DNA from: a virus
Taxonomy: Duplodnaviria; Caudoviricetes
Length of the DNA: 42,403 nucleotides
Strand: one strand, 5' to 3'
IMG/VR virus record: IMGVR_UViG_3300048848_000291
Span: 1 to 42,403 of that record
Position 1 is the first letter of the stretch; each line of letters begins with the position of its first letter. Shown one piece after another: positions 27,133 to 35,635 of this stretch. Under the pieces are notes generated by a model. It was given only the letters and a program-made list of their open reading frames with translations, was not told where the DNA came from and did no database searches. The translations under genes were made by a program, and so were the position numbers.

Positions 27133-27396
27133 TCAGGCCGTGATGTGCCGAACGGCGCGCATTACGGCGTCCTCGGCATGTGTGTTTGCAAGAGACAGGT
27201 CCCGCGAGGCGAACCGGTCGCCGGTGGCGTCGGTGCCGCCGATCTCGTGCAGCTTGGCGATGAACGAAGCGCCGAGATCCTTGACGGCCTGCATCTGCGC
27301 TTTCTCGGAATCCGACAGGACGCGGTAGGTATGGCGCACGGCGTTGTTTACGGTGCGGGCATCGGATTCGCTGTTGACGTGTTCGGTCATCGTCAT
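27133..27396 (-). CDS. acb2: Acb2/Tad1-family cyclic-oligonucleotide sponge (anti-defence), putative
   Basis: YRVLSDSEKAQMQAVKDLGASF and RDLSLANTHAEDAVMRAVR match the motif spacing of Acb2 as recalled. Confidence 0.7.
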   Translation of the reverse strand: MTMTEHVNSESDARTVNNAVRHTYRVLSDSEKAQMQAVKDLGASFIAKLHEIGGTDATGDRFASRDLSLANTHAEDAVMRAVRHITA

Positions 27397-27405
27397 CTCC
27401 TGGAC

Positions 27406-27433
27406 AAAGAAAACCCCGCTCGACGGCGGGGCT
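27406..27433 (-). terminator. Intrinsic terminator in the late leader
   Basis: CCCCGC-N6-GCGGGG hairpin followed by TTTTCTTT on the minus strand. Confidence 0.65.
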
Positions 27434-27578
27434 GGGTGTTTTTGGGCATCACCAAATCGGCCTGTTTCTCAGGGCATTCAGCCTGAACTCCGCCTGTTTA
27501 GGCACCACCCTTAAATGGAGGTACGGGAAGGCTGGTTTCCCAGCTTGCAGCGGGCGAACAAAGTTCGGGATGGCACCT

Positions 27579-27785
27579 CTACTCAGCGTCGGTCGGAACC
27601 GATCGCCAACTGAACTCCTGCGAAATAGGCGTCCCGCCACTATACGTGGTGATACGCCATTTCTGCTGAAGTTCGCCGTTGAGCCAACGCAGAACGCAGG
27701 TAGGCTCCTCTGTCGCCGTCTCAGCCGCGGTAAAGTACAACGCAGCCCGGTTGCTGCTGTCGATCAGGTCGGTTGCTTCTGTCAT
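27579..27785 (-). CDS. Hypothetical phage protein
   Basis: 68 aa; LRW...LQQKW...WRSVP. Confidence 0.6.
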   Translation of the reverse strand: MTEATDLIDSSNRAALYFTAAETATEEPTCVLRWLNGELQQKWRITTYSGGTPISQEFSWRSVPTDAE

Positions 27786-27829
27786 CGCGGCGCTTACCCC
27801 TGCACGTCGAACCGTGCTGCTTACCGATT

Positions 27830-27880
27830 TGGTGGCGGGTGCAGGATTGAACCTGCAGCCTCCAGGTTATGAGGCTGGCA
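27830..27880 (-). pseudogene. 3' half of a tRNA-Met(CAT)
   Basis: CCAGC-CTCATAA-CCTGG...GCAGGTTCAATCCTGC-ACCCGCC-A-CCA; D arm and 5' acceptor strand absent. Confidence 0.8.
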
Positions 27881-27896
27881 AAAAGGCCGTGACGGC

Positions 27897-28496
27897 TTAG
27901 GCTTTGATCCAGTCCGCCTCGGTCGATCGTTTTCCATAAAACTGCGCTTCTTCCGCAAGCGCGCCTGATGCCTTTTGTGCAGCATCTCGGCTGTATAGAA
28001 AAGGCTTGAGTGAAGCAGCAAATTTCCACACTGTGAGCACCTGCTGCAATTTGTTGCCATCATTAATTGGCGGCACTGCAAAACCGTCGGTTTCCAGGTG
28101 CCCAACTACACTTTTTGCAACCTTCCATAACCTACCGACAACTTCCGGTGAGTAGGCCTCGAAACGGGCCTCGCTCACTTGTCGTTCGAAATCGATGATC
28201 TGCGCTTTCCGGGCTTCGAACACAGTTGGGCGAACTGCGTTCAAGGCCGCCTCAGCCGCATCTGCGCGATCCCTTTCAACCTTCCAAAGCTCATATGGCG
28301 CGGAGATCGTTCTGATGAGACCCAGCGCAGCGAACCCCCAGAATGGAAGCTGCCATACATACATTAGAAGAACTGAATCTGGTGCAAGCCGCCCCCACAC
28401 TACAACGAACAGCGATATAAATGAGGTGACGTATTCGGCCCATGACGGCTTGTAAAAAATCGACTTAAACCACAGTTGGTAGAATCTTTTGCGCAT
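27897..28496 (-). CDS. Membrane protein with two N-terminal TMs (cargo)
   Basis: 199 aa, AT-rich; two hydrophobic segments then a helical domain. Confidence 0.7.
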   Translation of the reverse strand: MRKRFYQLWFKSIFYKPSWAEYVTSFISLFVVVWGRLAPDSVLLMYVWQLPFWGFAALGLIRTISAPYELWKVERDRADAAEAALNAVRPTVFEARKAQIIDFERQVSEARFEAYSPEVVGRLWKVAKSVVGHLETDGFAVPPINDGNKLQQVLTVWKFAASLKPFLYSRDAAQKASGALAEEAQFYGKRSTEADWIKA

Positions 28497-28732
28497 GGCG
28501 GATTCATAGCATCAACCTATCATTTTTTCGCGAGAGAAATAAGCGGTGTGCATGTACCGAACGGAAGTCCGGGCGAAGATGTTGATGGAATAGTTTGCCC
28601 TAGCCCGGAGCTCCCCGCTCCGAATTGCGATGGATCGCTGTCTTGCGTTCGACAAGTACTTGCGCGACCTTTGTGTGTCTCCGCGTTGCTGCGGCGGCCG
28701 ATGAATGGCGTTCAACCTAGGAGAAGATACCG

Positions 28733-28990
28733 TTGACCGAACAAGAAATTTTGCTTGAGGCGAGGTTCAGCGCGATCGAATATCTCGTCTCACACTTACT
28801 CGTCCTGCACTACCGAACGCACCAGGTAGGAAGCGAAGCGCTCGACACTTATGACGCCCAGGCAAACACCGTAATTGAAGGGTTTACTATACCGGCGCTA
28901 GAGCCTGCGATGGCGGATCACTTTACAGATGAGATGGGCCAGCACATCACCCGGATGCTAAAGAGCGCTCGCGAAATGTATGGCAAATGA
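28733..28990 (+). CDS. Hypothetical protein (cargo)
   Basis: AGGAG RBS, TTG start, 85 aa. Confidence 0.65.
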   Translation: MTEQEILLEARFSAIEYLVSHLLVLHYRTHQVGSEALDTYDAQANTVIEGFTIPALEPAMADHFTDEMGQHITRMLKSAREMYGK

Positions 28991-29145
28991 CATGTCGCTT
29001 GCCCGGTCATCGCACTGGGATTGGCTCATGCCCTGCATTTTACAGGACGTGCTTGGATTAACACTAACATCAAGTGCGACTTGCGGAGATACACAAGTGG
29101 GGTACTACTCGCGCGCCACAATAATGTGGCCCAGGGGATGATTAA

Positions 29146-29505
29146 ATGACTTCCGTTATCCGCGCCGTGCTTACGGGCGCAGTATTTTCTTTCGCACTGA
29201 CGACTTCTGCGTTTGCAACAGGCGCGATTGCAGTAAATGATTCGACCGGTACTGCAGCAGAAGAAGCAGGATATGCCGTCGGTTACGGCTCGTCAAAGAA
29301 AGAAGCTTCTTCGTCAGCTGTCAGCGAATGTAAATCCGCAGGCAATGAATCATGCGAAGTCGTACTGACCTTCGAACAGTGCGGCGCTTACGTTGGCAAC
29401 AAGGCAAGCTATGGCACTGGGATCGGTAAGACCGAGAAGGCGGCTACGCAGGCAGCGTTGGCCGATTGCCCCGAGTGCAAGCTTATCGTCGCTGACTGCC
29501 ATTAA
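29146..29505 (+). CDS. Secreted DUF4189-domain protein
   Basis: Signal peptide; GAIA...G...A...C...C.V...F.QCGA cysteine pattern. Confidence 0.8.
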   Translation: MTSVIRAVLTGAVFSFALTTSAFATGAIAVNDSTGTAAEEAGYAVGYGSSKKEASSSAVSECKSAGNESCEVVLTFEQCGAYVGNKASYGTGIGKTEKAATQAALADCPECKLIVADCH

Positions 29506-29538
29506 AACAAAACGCCCGCTGGCTAGACGCTGGCGGGC
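29506..29538 (-). terminator. Probable terminator downstream of the tRNA
   Basis: GCCCGC/GCGGGC stem followed by GTTTTGTTTT on the minus strand. Confidence 0.5.
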
Positions 29539-29586
29539 TCCTCCTCTCAGACGACGCTTCCATCGCATGCTCGCGGACGGTCAAGT

Positions 29587-29663
29587 TGGTTGCGGGGGCA
29601 GGATTTGAACCTGCGGCCTTCAGGTTATGAGCCTGACGAGCTACCGATCTGCTCCACCCCGAC
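29587..29663 (-). tRNA. tRNA-fMet(CAT)-like gene with two mismatches at the top of the acceptor stem
   Basis: 77 nt; TCAGG-CTCATAA-CCTGA anticodon arm, GGTTCAAATCC T loop, encoded CCA. Confidence 0.9.
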
Positions 29664-29665
29664 AT

Positions 29666-29695
29666 AAAAAATCAAAAAAGCCGCCCGGGGGCGGC
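29666..29695 (-). terminator. Intrinsic terminator just upstream of the tRNA (tR'-like)
   Basis: GCCGCC-N4-GGCGGC followed by TTTTTTGATTTTTT on the minus strand. Confidence 0.7.
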
Positions 29696-29833
29696 CTTGT
29701 CGTAGCGATCGCATTGCGCAAATCACCGATTGTTTCATCCAACATGCCCGTTAATGCCAACTATGCCAAGAGGAAATATTCCTATAAACAGGAATTTTAT
29801 CCTTCAACCTTTTTCTCGGTTCGAGAGCTCACC

Positions 29834-30163
29834 ATGACTGTCGAAGACCCAGACGTTGTCGACTTTATCAACGTTGACCGAATGAGCGGCGGATATCTGC
29901 TCTCAATTAGCGACCACCTCCCGTGGGACGAAGAAGAGGAACATCTCTTTTTATTACAAGAGAAAATTAATACTTATATCGCGTTCGTCGAAAGCGGACA
30001 GTTAGCCAGCAATTTTCCAGGGTCAGTCGGTAAAAGAATAGTTATTAACATCGGGTTCAAATACCCTCCGCCCCAGTTGGCGACGCGGTTCATCGAAGCG
30101 GTGCGGGCAACACTAATAGGTGTAGGGCTTGAACTGGAAACGGAGTTACCGTTCGCTAATTGA
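29834..30163 (+). CDS. DUF6572-family protein
   Basis: DVVDFI...LSISDHLPW...HLFLLQEKINTYIAFVESGQL. Confidence 0.8.
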   Translation: MTVEDPDVVDFINVDRMSGGYLLSISDHLPWDEEEEHLFLLQEKINTYIAFVESGQLASNFPGSVGKRIVINIGFKYPPPQLATRFIEAVRATLIGVGLELETELPFAN

Positions 30164-30247
30164 CTGCCCTTCTTAAACCCAGCGGCTCGTGAGTGAAGTC
30201 GTCAAAGTCATTACGTGAGCTGGAATTGATGCAAGAGTGAGGGAAGT

Positions 30248-30766
30248 GTGAGCGAACAATTTAGATGCTCTATATGTGGCAGGGAGCACGAAGGCATTGC
30301 CACCGACCAAGCCTATCAACTTCCCGATGACGTTTGGAACATCCCTGAGCAAGAAAGAGCCGATAGGGCTCGGTTCGACAGCGATCTGTGCCAGTTCGGT
30401 GAACGGTTCTTCATACGCGGTTTGCTGCCCGTTCCATTTGTGAGGCAGTCTGGTGATTTTGGCTGGGGTGTTTGGGTGGAGGTCAGTCGGATTACCTTCC
30501 AGAGATATCTGGAACTTTACGAGCATGACGGCTCGTTTGAACCTGCGCACCGGGGCATCTTGGCAAATGACCTTCTCGCCTATCCGTCATCAGTAGGGTC
30601 AGAAGTTGACATCACTTTCAGGGATGCTTTAGCGAGGCCTACGTTCCGCCTCTTAGACGATGACGAGAGTGCGCTTGCGAAGGAGCAGCGCCGCGGGATC
30701 AGTGATGCTCGATACCATCAGATATTGAACCTGATCGAGACCACGGCTGCGGCCAGGCGCGCTTAA
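30248..30766 (+). CDS. DUF2199-family protein
   Basis: CSICGREH, SDLC, FFIRGLLPVP, FGWGVWVEVS. Confidence 0.85.
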   Translation: MSEQFRCSICGREHEGIATDQAYQLPDDVWNIPEQERADRARFDSDLCQFGERFFIRGLLPVPFVRQSGDFGWGVWVEVSRITFQRYLELYEHDGSFEPAHRGILANDLLAYPSSVGSEVDITFRDALARPTFRLLDDDESALAKEQRRGISDARYHQILNLIETTAAARRA

Positions 30767-30821
30767 CATACTGACCTACGCTCGCAGCGCGGCGACGGTC
30801 TTTGAAGTTAGTCCGGCGAAA

Positions 30822-31172
30822 TCACAAATCAGGACTCAGTCGATCAAGGACATCGGAAGGTGCAAAGTCGTACCCCGTCGCATCTCGTCCTGACCAGTTC
30901 AATCCGCATGTCAGTCCGTCTGCTTTGAGACCTGGCAACCAGCGTTCAATGAATTCAATCAACGGAATTGGTACTGGCTCAAAGCCTTGGTACGCTGAGA
31001 CCTTCTCGACGACTGCTCGCGCTCTGGGTTCGGATGACCAAAATGGCATAGCGGTTTCACCCGACGCGTTAGTCGAGGTTGGGAAACCGCCTGCATCCCG
31101 TATTGACCAGACTTCTCCCCGATCAGAAACCTCGGAGAAAAATTTGTGTGCGTGGATAGATGAGATACTCAT
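30822..31172 (-). CDS. DUF2750-family protein
   Basis: FFSEV...VWSI...MPFWSS...FIERWLPGL...GLNW. Confidence 0.8.
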   Translation of the reverse strand: MSISSIHAHKFFSEVSDRGEVWSIRDAGGFPTSTNASGETAMPFWSSEPRARAVVEKVSAYQGFEPVPIPLIEFIERWLPGLKADGLTCGLNWSGRDATGYDFAPSDVLDRLSPDL

Positions 31173-31355
31173 TCTGCCAGCAGAACAGCAAGAGTTGCCC
31201 GCAGGCAAGAGATCCTACGGAGCTTCTCACCGTCGCAACGTGCGCATTTCCTCCATCCGTTCTGTTGAAAGGCTACGCCCCGCGGCGCCTGATGGCTTGG
31301 TCCGCAGTTTCCTTGGAAAAACGTTCGGCGGCGTTCTACCGCGGACCCACCAACT

Positions 31356-31904
31356 TTAAATGCTGTTTGCTGCAATCCAGGCATCTGTGACGGAAGTCTC
31401 AAAACGCTTGCGGGCGGCCTCGTCACTGCGCGATATGTACTTCCCAATAACCCCGAACGATAGCTCGCAAGAACGCCACCAAAGAATCTGCCAGGCCGCA
31501 CGATCGAGGTGGCGAACCCATGACAGAGCCGTCAGGCAGTCGGAAACCTCTGCGGCAGTCGGTTGAAAGCGTGGCCCGATATCCTCAACAGCGGCATAGG
31601 CCGTCACCGACTCCTGCACGTAGTCCGGCGACGAGGACTTCATGATGAAAAACCGCCGCTCCCGATCGGGAATAGCACGCAGGGTCTTCATCGCCGTGAT
31701 CAGGCGCTCCTCGACATCTGTCCGAGACACACGCTCATTCGACTTAACACGCGGCGCAGGGCGGCGATCAGGCTGCGGGGCGAGCTTCAGGCGACCTGTC
31801 GACATGCGGCTGTCTTCCGGCAGCACCATGCACCCTGGCGCTGGCAATCCCTTCGCCTTCTGAGCCCTCGGCTTGTCTTGGCGTTTTAGTCTGACCTTGG
31901 CCAT
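31356..31904 (-). CDS. Late-gene regulator (DUF6362-like; Q position)
   Basis: VEERLITAMKTL...PTAAEVS...LSW...C-terminal HTH; between replication and late genes. Confidence 0.7.
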   Translation of the reverse strand: MAKVRLKRQDKPRAQKAKGLPAPGCMVLPEDSRMSTGRLKLAPQPDRRPAPRVKSNERVSRTDVEERLITAMKTLRAIPDRERRFFIMKSSSPDYVQESVTAYAAVEDIGPRFQPTAAEVSDCLTALSWVRHLDRAAWQILWWRSCELSFGVIGKYISRSDEAARKRFETSVTDAWIAANSI

Positions 31905-32144
31905 CAGTTTACCTTCTTCTTTGCGGGCATCAAACTGCAGATAGGCCTGAGCACACCGTTGTTGACACGACATACGACTCAGCAGATGAGGTACGTGCTT
32001 CAAGTTGTGAGAGACGAGGAGTAGTCGGCAGGCTCACGCCCTCAATCGGTGGCGAGCCTGCCTTCTCCGACTGAGCTTCGAAGGCTCCTGTGGCTCTAGC
32101 GGTCTGAACCATCCAATCCATTTTCTTACCATCAGGGGAGACGT

Positions 32145-32366
32145 ATGTTCGGTTGGAAAAAGCTGACACATCTCGACGATAGGCACAGCTTCCCGGTCGC
32201 AGTCCTTCTACGCGTCCTGCAGATAGCACTTGATGTTGCGATACCGATCGCGCTTCTGCTCTATGCGTCGACATGGTTCTTCTCCAACGCGCAGGTGACC
32301 CAGTTTTGCGAAGAGTTTTGCTCGCAAGATATGAGCCAGCTGATCCTGCGGATTTATCCGAACTGA
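32145..32366 (+). CDS. Small single-TM protein (moron)
   Basis: GGGGAG RBS; 73 aa, hydrophobic centre, CxxxC. Confidence 0.5.
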   Translation: MFGWKKLTHLDDRHSFPVAVLLRVLQIALDVAIPIALLLYASTWFFSNAQVTQFCEEFCSQDMSQLILRIYPN

Positions 32367-32447
32367 GGAACGCACCTGATACCAACGCCTTGATCGGAAC
32401 GCCTTGGATTGGGTTCTGGGGTGCGAGCATTCCGTTTATGTGCAATG

Positions 32448-32633
32448 TCATGCTTCCCTCTCGATCTTGGAAATTAAAACTCGCATCTCGCCGGCAGCGC
32501 GGATTGTGTCGTCGGACGTCAGCCCACCGTTACCGCCCTTGCCATGGATGCCGTTCACGTCGAACTCGACGCGCTCGATAAGGCGCCTAGACAGTGCGAC
32601 GAGCTGGGTGAGATGATTGTTCGCACCTGTCAT
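32448..32633 (-). CDS. Hypothetical phage protein
   Basis: 61 aa; ATGA-coupled to the initiator gene. Confidence 0.65.
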   Translation of the reverse strand: MTGANNHLTQLVALSRRLIERVEFDVNGIHGKGGNGGLTSDDTIRAAGEMRVLISKIEREA

Positions 32634-33544
32634 GCTGCTCTCCCGCTCTCGCGCCAGCCAGCGCCGTCCTGAGGCTGCAGAAGATTGCCCGGAACAGTAC
32701 AGCCCTTACTGCCAGGCACCGGCCCCCACTTGATCGGATCCCACAGCGCGCTCTTCCGAGCGTAGTTCAGCCGCTTCGTCCATGTAGCATCGTCGATAGG
32801 CTTAGCTTGCTCCGTAGAAAATCCGTCGAACCGACGCTGCGAAATGAAGCGGCAGGCGTGCACAGTTTCCAGATCGGGTTTGGTTTTGAGGTAGGCGGCA
32901 TAGGGTGGGACAGCACCGGCGCAGGAAGCCTGTTCGGCCGCGTCCAGCTTCTGCCATTCCCTGAACGCTTCCGACTTCGACATGGTCGGCGTTCGTGGAT
33001 ATGACGTCCAAAAGCTCTCGAAGGCTTCCGAGTACTGCTTCTTCGGCTTTCCCTTTTTCGGCTTTTCGGGATGCTGGTCCGAACTCGTTTCGGACAATAT
33101 AGAAGAAGATTTATCTTCTTCTTTTAGGTTCAGGGTTTGGGAGGCATAACTCTGGGATGTTTCTGGGATACCCGAGACCGTGGATTCGGCATATGCGTCG
33201 GCATGCCTCTTATCTCTATTTTTCCGCCACTTAGCGCGAGCGTTGTCAGACTGCTTTGCGCTCTTCTGTTTGACGGCTACTAGCTCGTCTGTCAGACGGC
33301 CTTGCGCGATGCTGTCAGATGAGACGGTAAAAAATCGCATTAGCCGCGGCTTGATCCGAAGCCACTGCCCAGACGTCATGCGGGCATACCGAGCAAGTTC
33401 CTTGTCATCGTTCGGGAGCTCGCCGCCATTGCGCCACATGGTCACCAGCAGCAGCAAGTAAGCACCATGCTCGATCGTCGTCAGGTGGCCAGTGTCAGCG
33501 AGATATGCATCGGTCCACAACGGAAAGGCAGGAAACTGAGCCAT
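32630..33544 (-). CDS. Replication initiator (DUF1376/YdaU family)
   Basis: PLWTDAYLADTGHLTTIEHGAYLLLL; FESFWTSYP. Confidence 0.9.
   Translation of the reverse strand: MAQFPAFPLWTDAYLADTGHLTTIEHGAYLLLLVTMWRNGGELPNDDKELARYARMTSGQWLRIKPRLMRFFTVSSDSIAQGRLTDELVAVKQKSAKQSDNARAKWRKNRDKRHADAYAESTVSGIPETSQSYASQTLNLKEEDKSSSILSETSSDQHPEKPKKGKPKKQYSEAFESFWTSYPRTPTMSKSEAFREWQKLDAAEQASCAGAVPPYAAYLKTKPDLETVHACRFISQRRFDGFSTEQAKPIDDATWTKRLNYARKSALWDPIKWGPVPGSKGCTVPGNLLQPQDGAGWRESGRAA
33095..33210. other. Candidate phage replication origin within the initiator gene
   Basis: AT-rich palindrome AGAAGAAGAT-TT-ATCTTCTTCT next to repeated CTGGGAT and GGCAT units. Confidence 0.45.
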
Positions 33545-34992
33545 CAGAATGATCTCGCGGCATTGCGTACAGCCGAGCAGCCGATATCGACGAACAGGTC
33601 GACGGTCTTCGTCGGGCCGCTGCGCTGCTTGGCGATGATAAATTCGAGCTTGTGCTGAACGCGCTCAAGGCGATCGAGCCGCTCCATGTCGTCGTCCGGA
33701 TCCTTGCCGGTCTCTTTGCCCAGGTAGTAGGCTTCACGAAAGAGGAATGCGACAGTGTCGGCATCCTGCTCGATCGATCCGGAATCGCGTAGGTCGGAAA
33801 GCATCGGCCGCTTGTCTTCACGGCTCTCAACACCGCGGGACAGCTGCGACAAGGCCACCATGGCGATATTGTTCTCGCGTGCGATCTGACGAAGGCCAGC
33901 AGAGATTTCCGTAACCTCTCCGACCCTGTTTCCGGCATATCGGCCGGACGGCGCGACGAGTTGCAGGTAGTCGACGATCAGCAGGTCGATCTTGTTGCCG
34001 CTACGGGCCGCAACGTCCTGCATGCGATCGAATTTGACGCGCAGGTCGGATATCGTGAGGCCCGATTGCTCCTCGATCCAAAGTGGCAGCCGGTTTAAGT
34101 CCTGCTTCGCGTTGCAGATGACGTCGAAGTCTTTCTCCGACACGCGTCCCGTGATCAAGTCGTTGTAGGGAACCTTGAGGTTCCAGTCGAAGACGATATC
34201 CGTCAGAGCACGCATTGCGAGGCGCTTCGATCCCATTTCCAACGAGATGAACCCCACGCCGGCACCGGAGCGTGCAGCCTTAATGCCGACGCCCAGACCG
34301 ACAGCAGTCTTGCCCATCCCTGGCCGCGCGCCGAGCACGACCATTTCGCCGCGGTGTATGCCGCCAGTCAGGCGGTCGATGTCGGACAGGCCCCAGGTGA
34401 TGCCGGTGATACCGTTCCCCCGCTTCATGGCCTCCTGCACCTCGTCAAGGGCACCGTCGGCAGCTTCGGACAGGGAATAACGCGTGCGGCCTTTGACGCC
34501 GCCGCGCAGACCCGTTGCGATGTCGTCGAGCGATCGGGTTGCGGCACGGATCAGTTCGGCTGGATCAACGGCAGGATCGGCCGCTGCGAGCGAAATACGC
34601 TCGGCCTCGGCACCGACCGTCACCCGCGCCCATTCTTGAATCAGGTTCGCCATGCTTGCGGGAAGCTGCGCAACGCCGCCGGCCGTATTAGCCGCCAGCT
34701 TAGCGAGGTAGGCCGTGATGGTCATCTTCAGCCGCTCGGAGCACTGTGCTGCCTCCTCTGGCGTGAACAGTTTCACAACAAGGTCGAGGCGCGCAGTCTT
34801 GTAACGGTCAGCAGCAACCTCGATGTTCTCAAAGATACGGCGATGGAAGGGTTCGAGAAAGTGTTCAGCCTTCACCGTGCCGCGAACAGCGGCGTGGTTG
34901 CCGGAAACCAGGATGGCGCCCAGCACTTCTTGTTCTAGCTCGACGACGAGATTGAATTTATCGATATCGACTGGGGCGGCGTGCTTGTTCAT
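33544..34992 (-). CDS. dnaB: Replicative DNA helicase, DnaB family
   Basis: GARPGMGKT, SLEM, IVDYLQL, LSQLSR, DLRDSGSIEQDAD, IIAKQRSG. Confidence 0.96.
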   Translation of the reverse strand: MNKHAAPVDIDKFNLVVELEQEVLGAILVSGNHAAVRGTVKAEHFLEPFHRRIFENIEVAADRYKTARLDLVVKLFTPEEAAQCSERLKMTITAYLAKLAANTAGGVAQLPASMANLIQEWARVTVGAEAERISLAAADPAVDPAELIRAATRSLDDIATGLRGGVKGRTRYSLSEAADGALDEVQEAMKRGNGITGITWGLSDIDRLTGGIHRGEMVVLGARPGMGKTAVGLGVGIKAARSGAGVGFISLEMGSKRLAMRALTDIVFDWNLKVPYNDLITGRVSEKDFDVICNAKQDLNRLPLWIEEQSGLTISDLRVKFDRMQDVAARSGNKIDLLIVDYLQLVAPSGRYAGNRVGEVTEISAGLRQIARENNIAMVALSQLSRGVESREDKRPMLSDLRDSGSIEQDADTVAFLFREAYYLGKETGKDPDDDMERLDRLERVQHKLEFIIAKQRSGPTKTVDLFVDIGCSAVRNAARSF

Positions 34993-35186
34993 GGCTGCTG
35001 CACGTCCTCTTCAACGAAGAGGGCCATGAAGCGACCCCAGGCTTTGCCGGCAGCGATACCGTCTTCAACCTTCAGCGTGTTCTGCGCGAGGATCGAGAGA
35101 TCGGCATACTCGTGCCAAGCATCTTCGGCTTTCTGGTCAGCCTCGCGTGCATGCACATGCGCGGGCCGCGCGGGAGAGTTTGTCAC
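34989..35186 (-). CDS. Hypothetical phage protein
   Basis: 65 aa; overlapping start/stop with its neighbours. Confidence 0.65.
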   Translation of the reverse strand: MTNSPARPAHVHAREADQKAEDAWHEYADLSILAQNTLKVEDGIAAGKAWGRFMALFVEEDVQQP

Positions 35187-35374
35187 GAGAACGCCCTCCG
35201 GTTCGCCCGCATCCTGGCCGACAGCGCTACCGCTTCGGCGATCTGGTGCGGTTCAAGCCCGAAGTTTTCGCGGAGGTCGCGGCGCAAGCCGTTCTCGAAC
35301 TTCGACAGCTCGGCAAGGTACTGTGCGGCACGGACGATCTTCGGGCTGGACGGGATGTCGCGGGGCTGCGTCAT
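35183..35374 (-). CDS. Hypothetical phage protein
   Basis: 63 aa; ATGA-coupled to cro. Confidence 0.65.
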   Translation of the reverse strand: MTQPRDIPSSPKIVRAAQYLAELSKFENGLRRDLRENFGLEPHQIAEAVALSARMRANRRAFS

Positions 35375-35607
35375 GCCGACACCTCTTGCTTCGAGAGATA
35401 GCTATTCCGGACATCAAGCCAGGAGCGCGCAGTTACCTTTCCATCGCTTAGGGATTCCAGCTTTGACACAACCGCAATAGGCGGTGATCTTTCGCCACTT
35501 TCCCATCGCTGCCAGGTCCGAGCCGGATTAGCGCCCGTGACACCGAACAGGGTTGCGACCTTCTCTTGCGAGAACTGATTCGCAGTTCTCCATTCCAACG
35601 GCGACAT
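35371..35607 (-). CDS. cro: Cro-like XRE HTH regulator
   Basis: SQEKVATLFG...TWQRWESGERSP; divergent from the repressor. Confidence 0.85.
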   Translation of the reverse strand: MSPLEWRTANQFSQEKVATLFGVTGANPARTWQRWESGERSPPIAVVSKLESLSDGKVTARSWLDVRNSYLSKQEVSA

Positions 35608-35635
35608 AGCGAACCTCGCTTAGGGGTGATCTCTT

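Noticed and set aside
27802-27817. T-arm-like hairpin GCACG-GTTCGA-CGTGC on the minus strand as a third tRNA
   Set aside because: No other tRNA arms nearby
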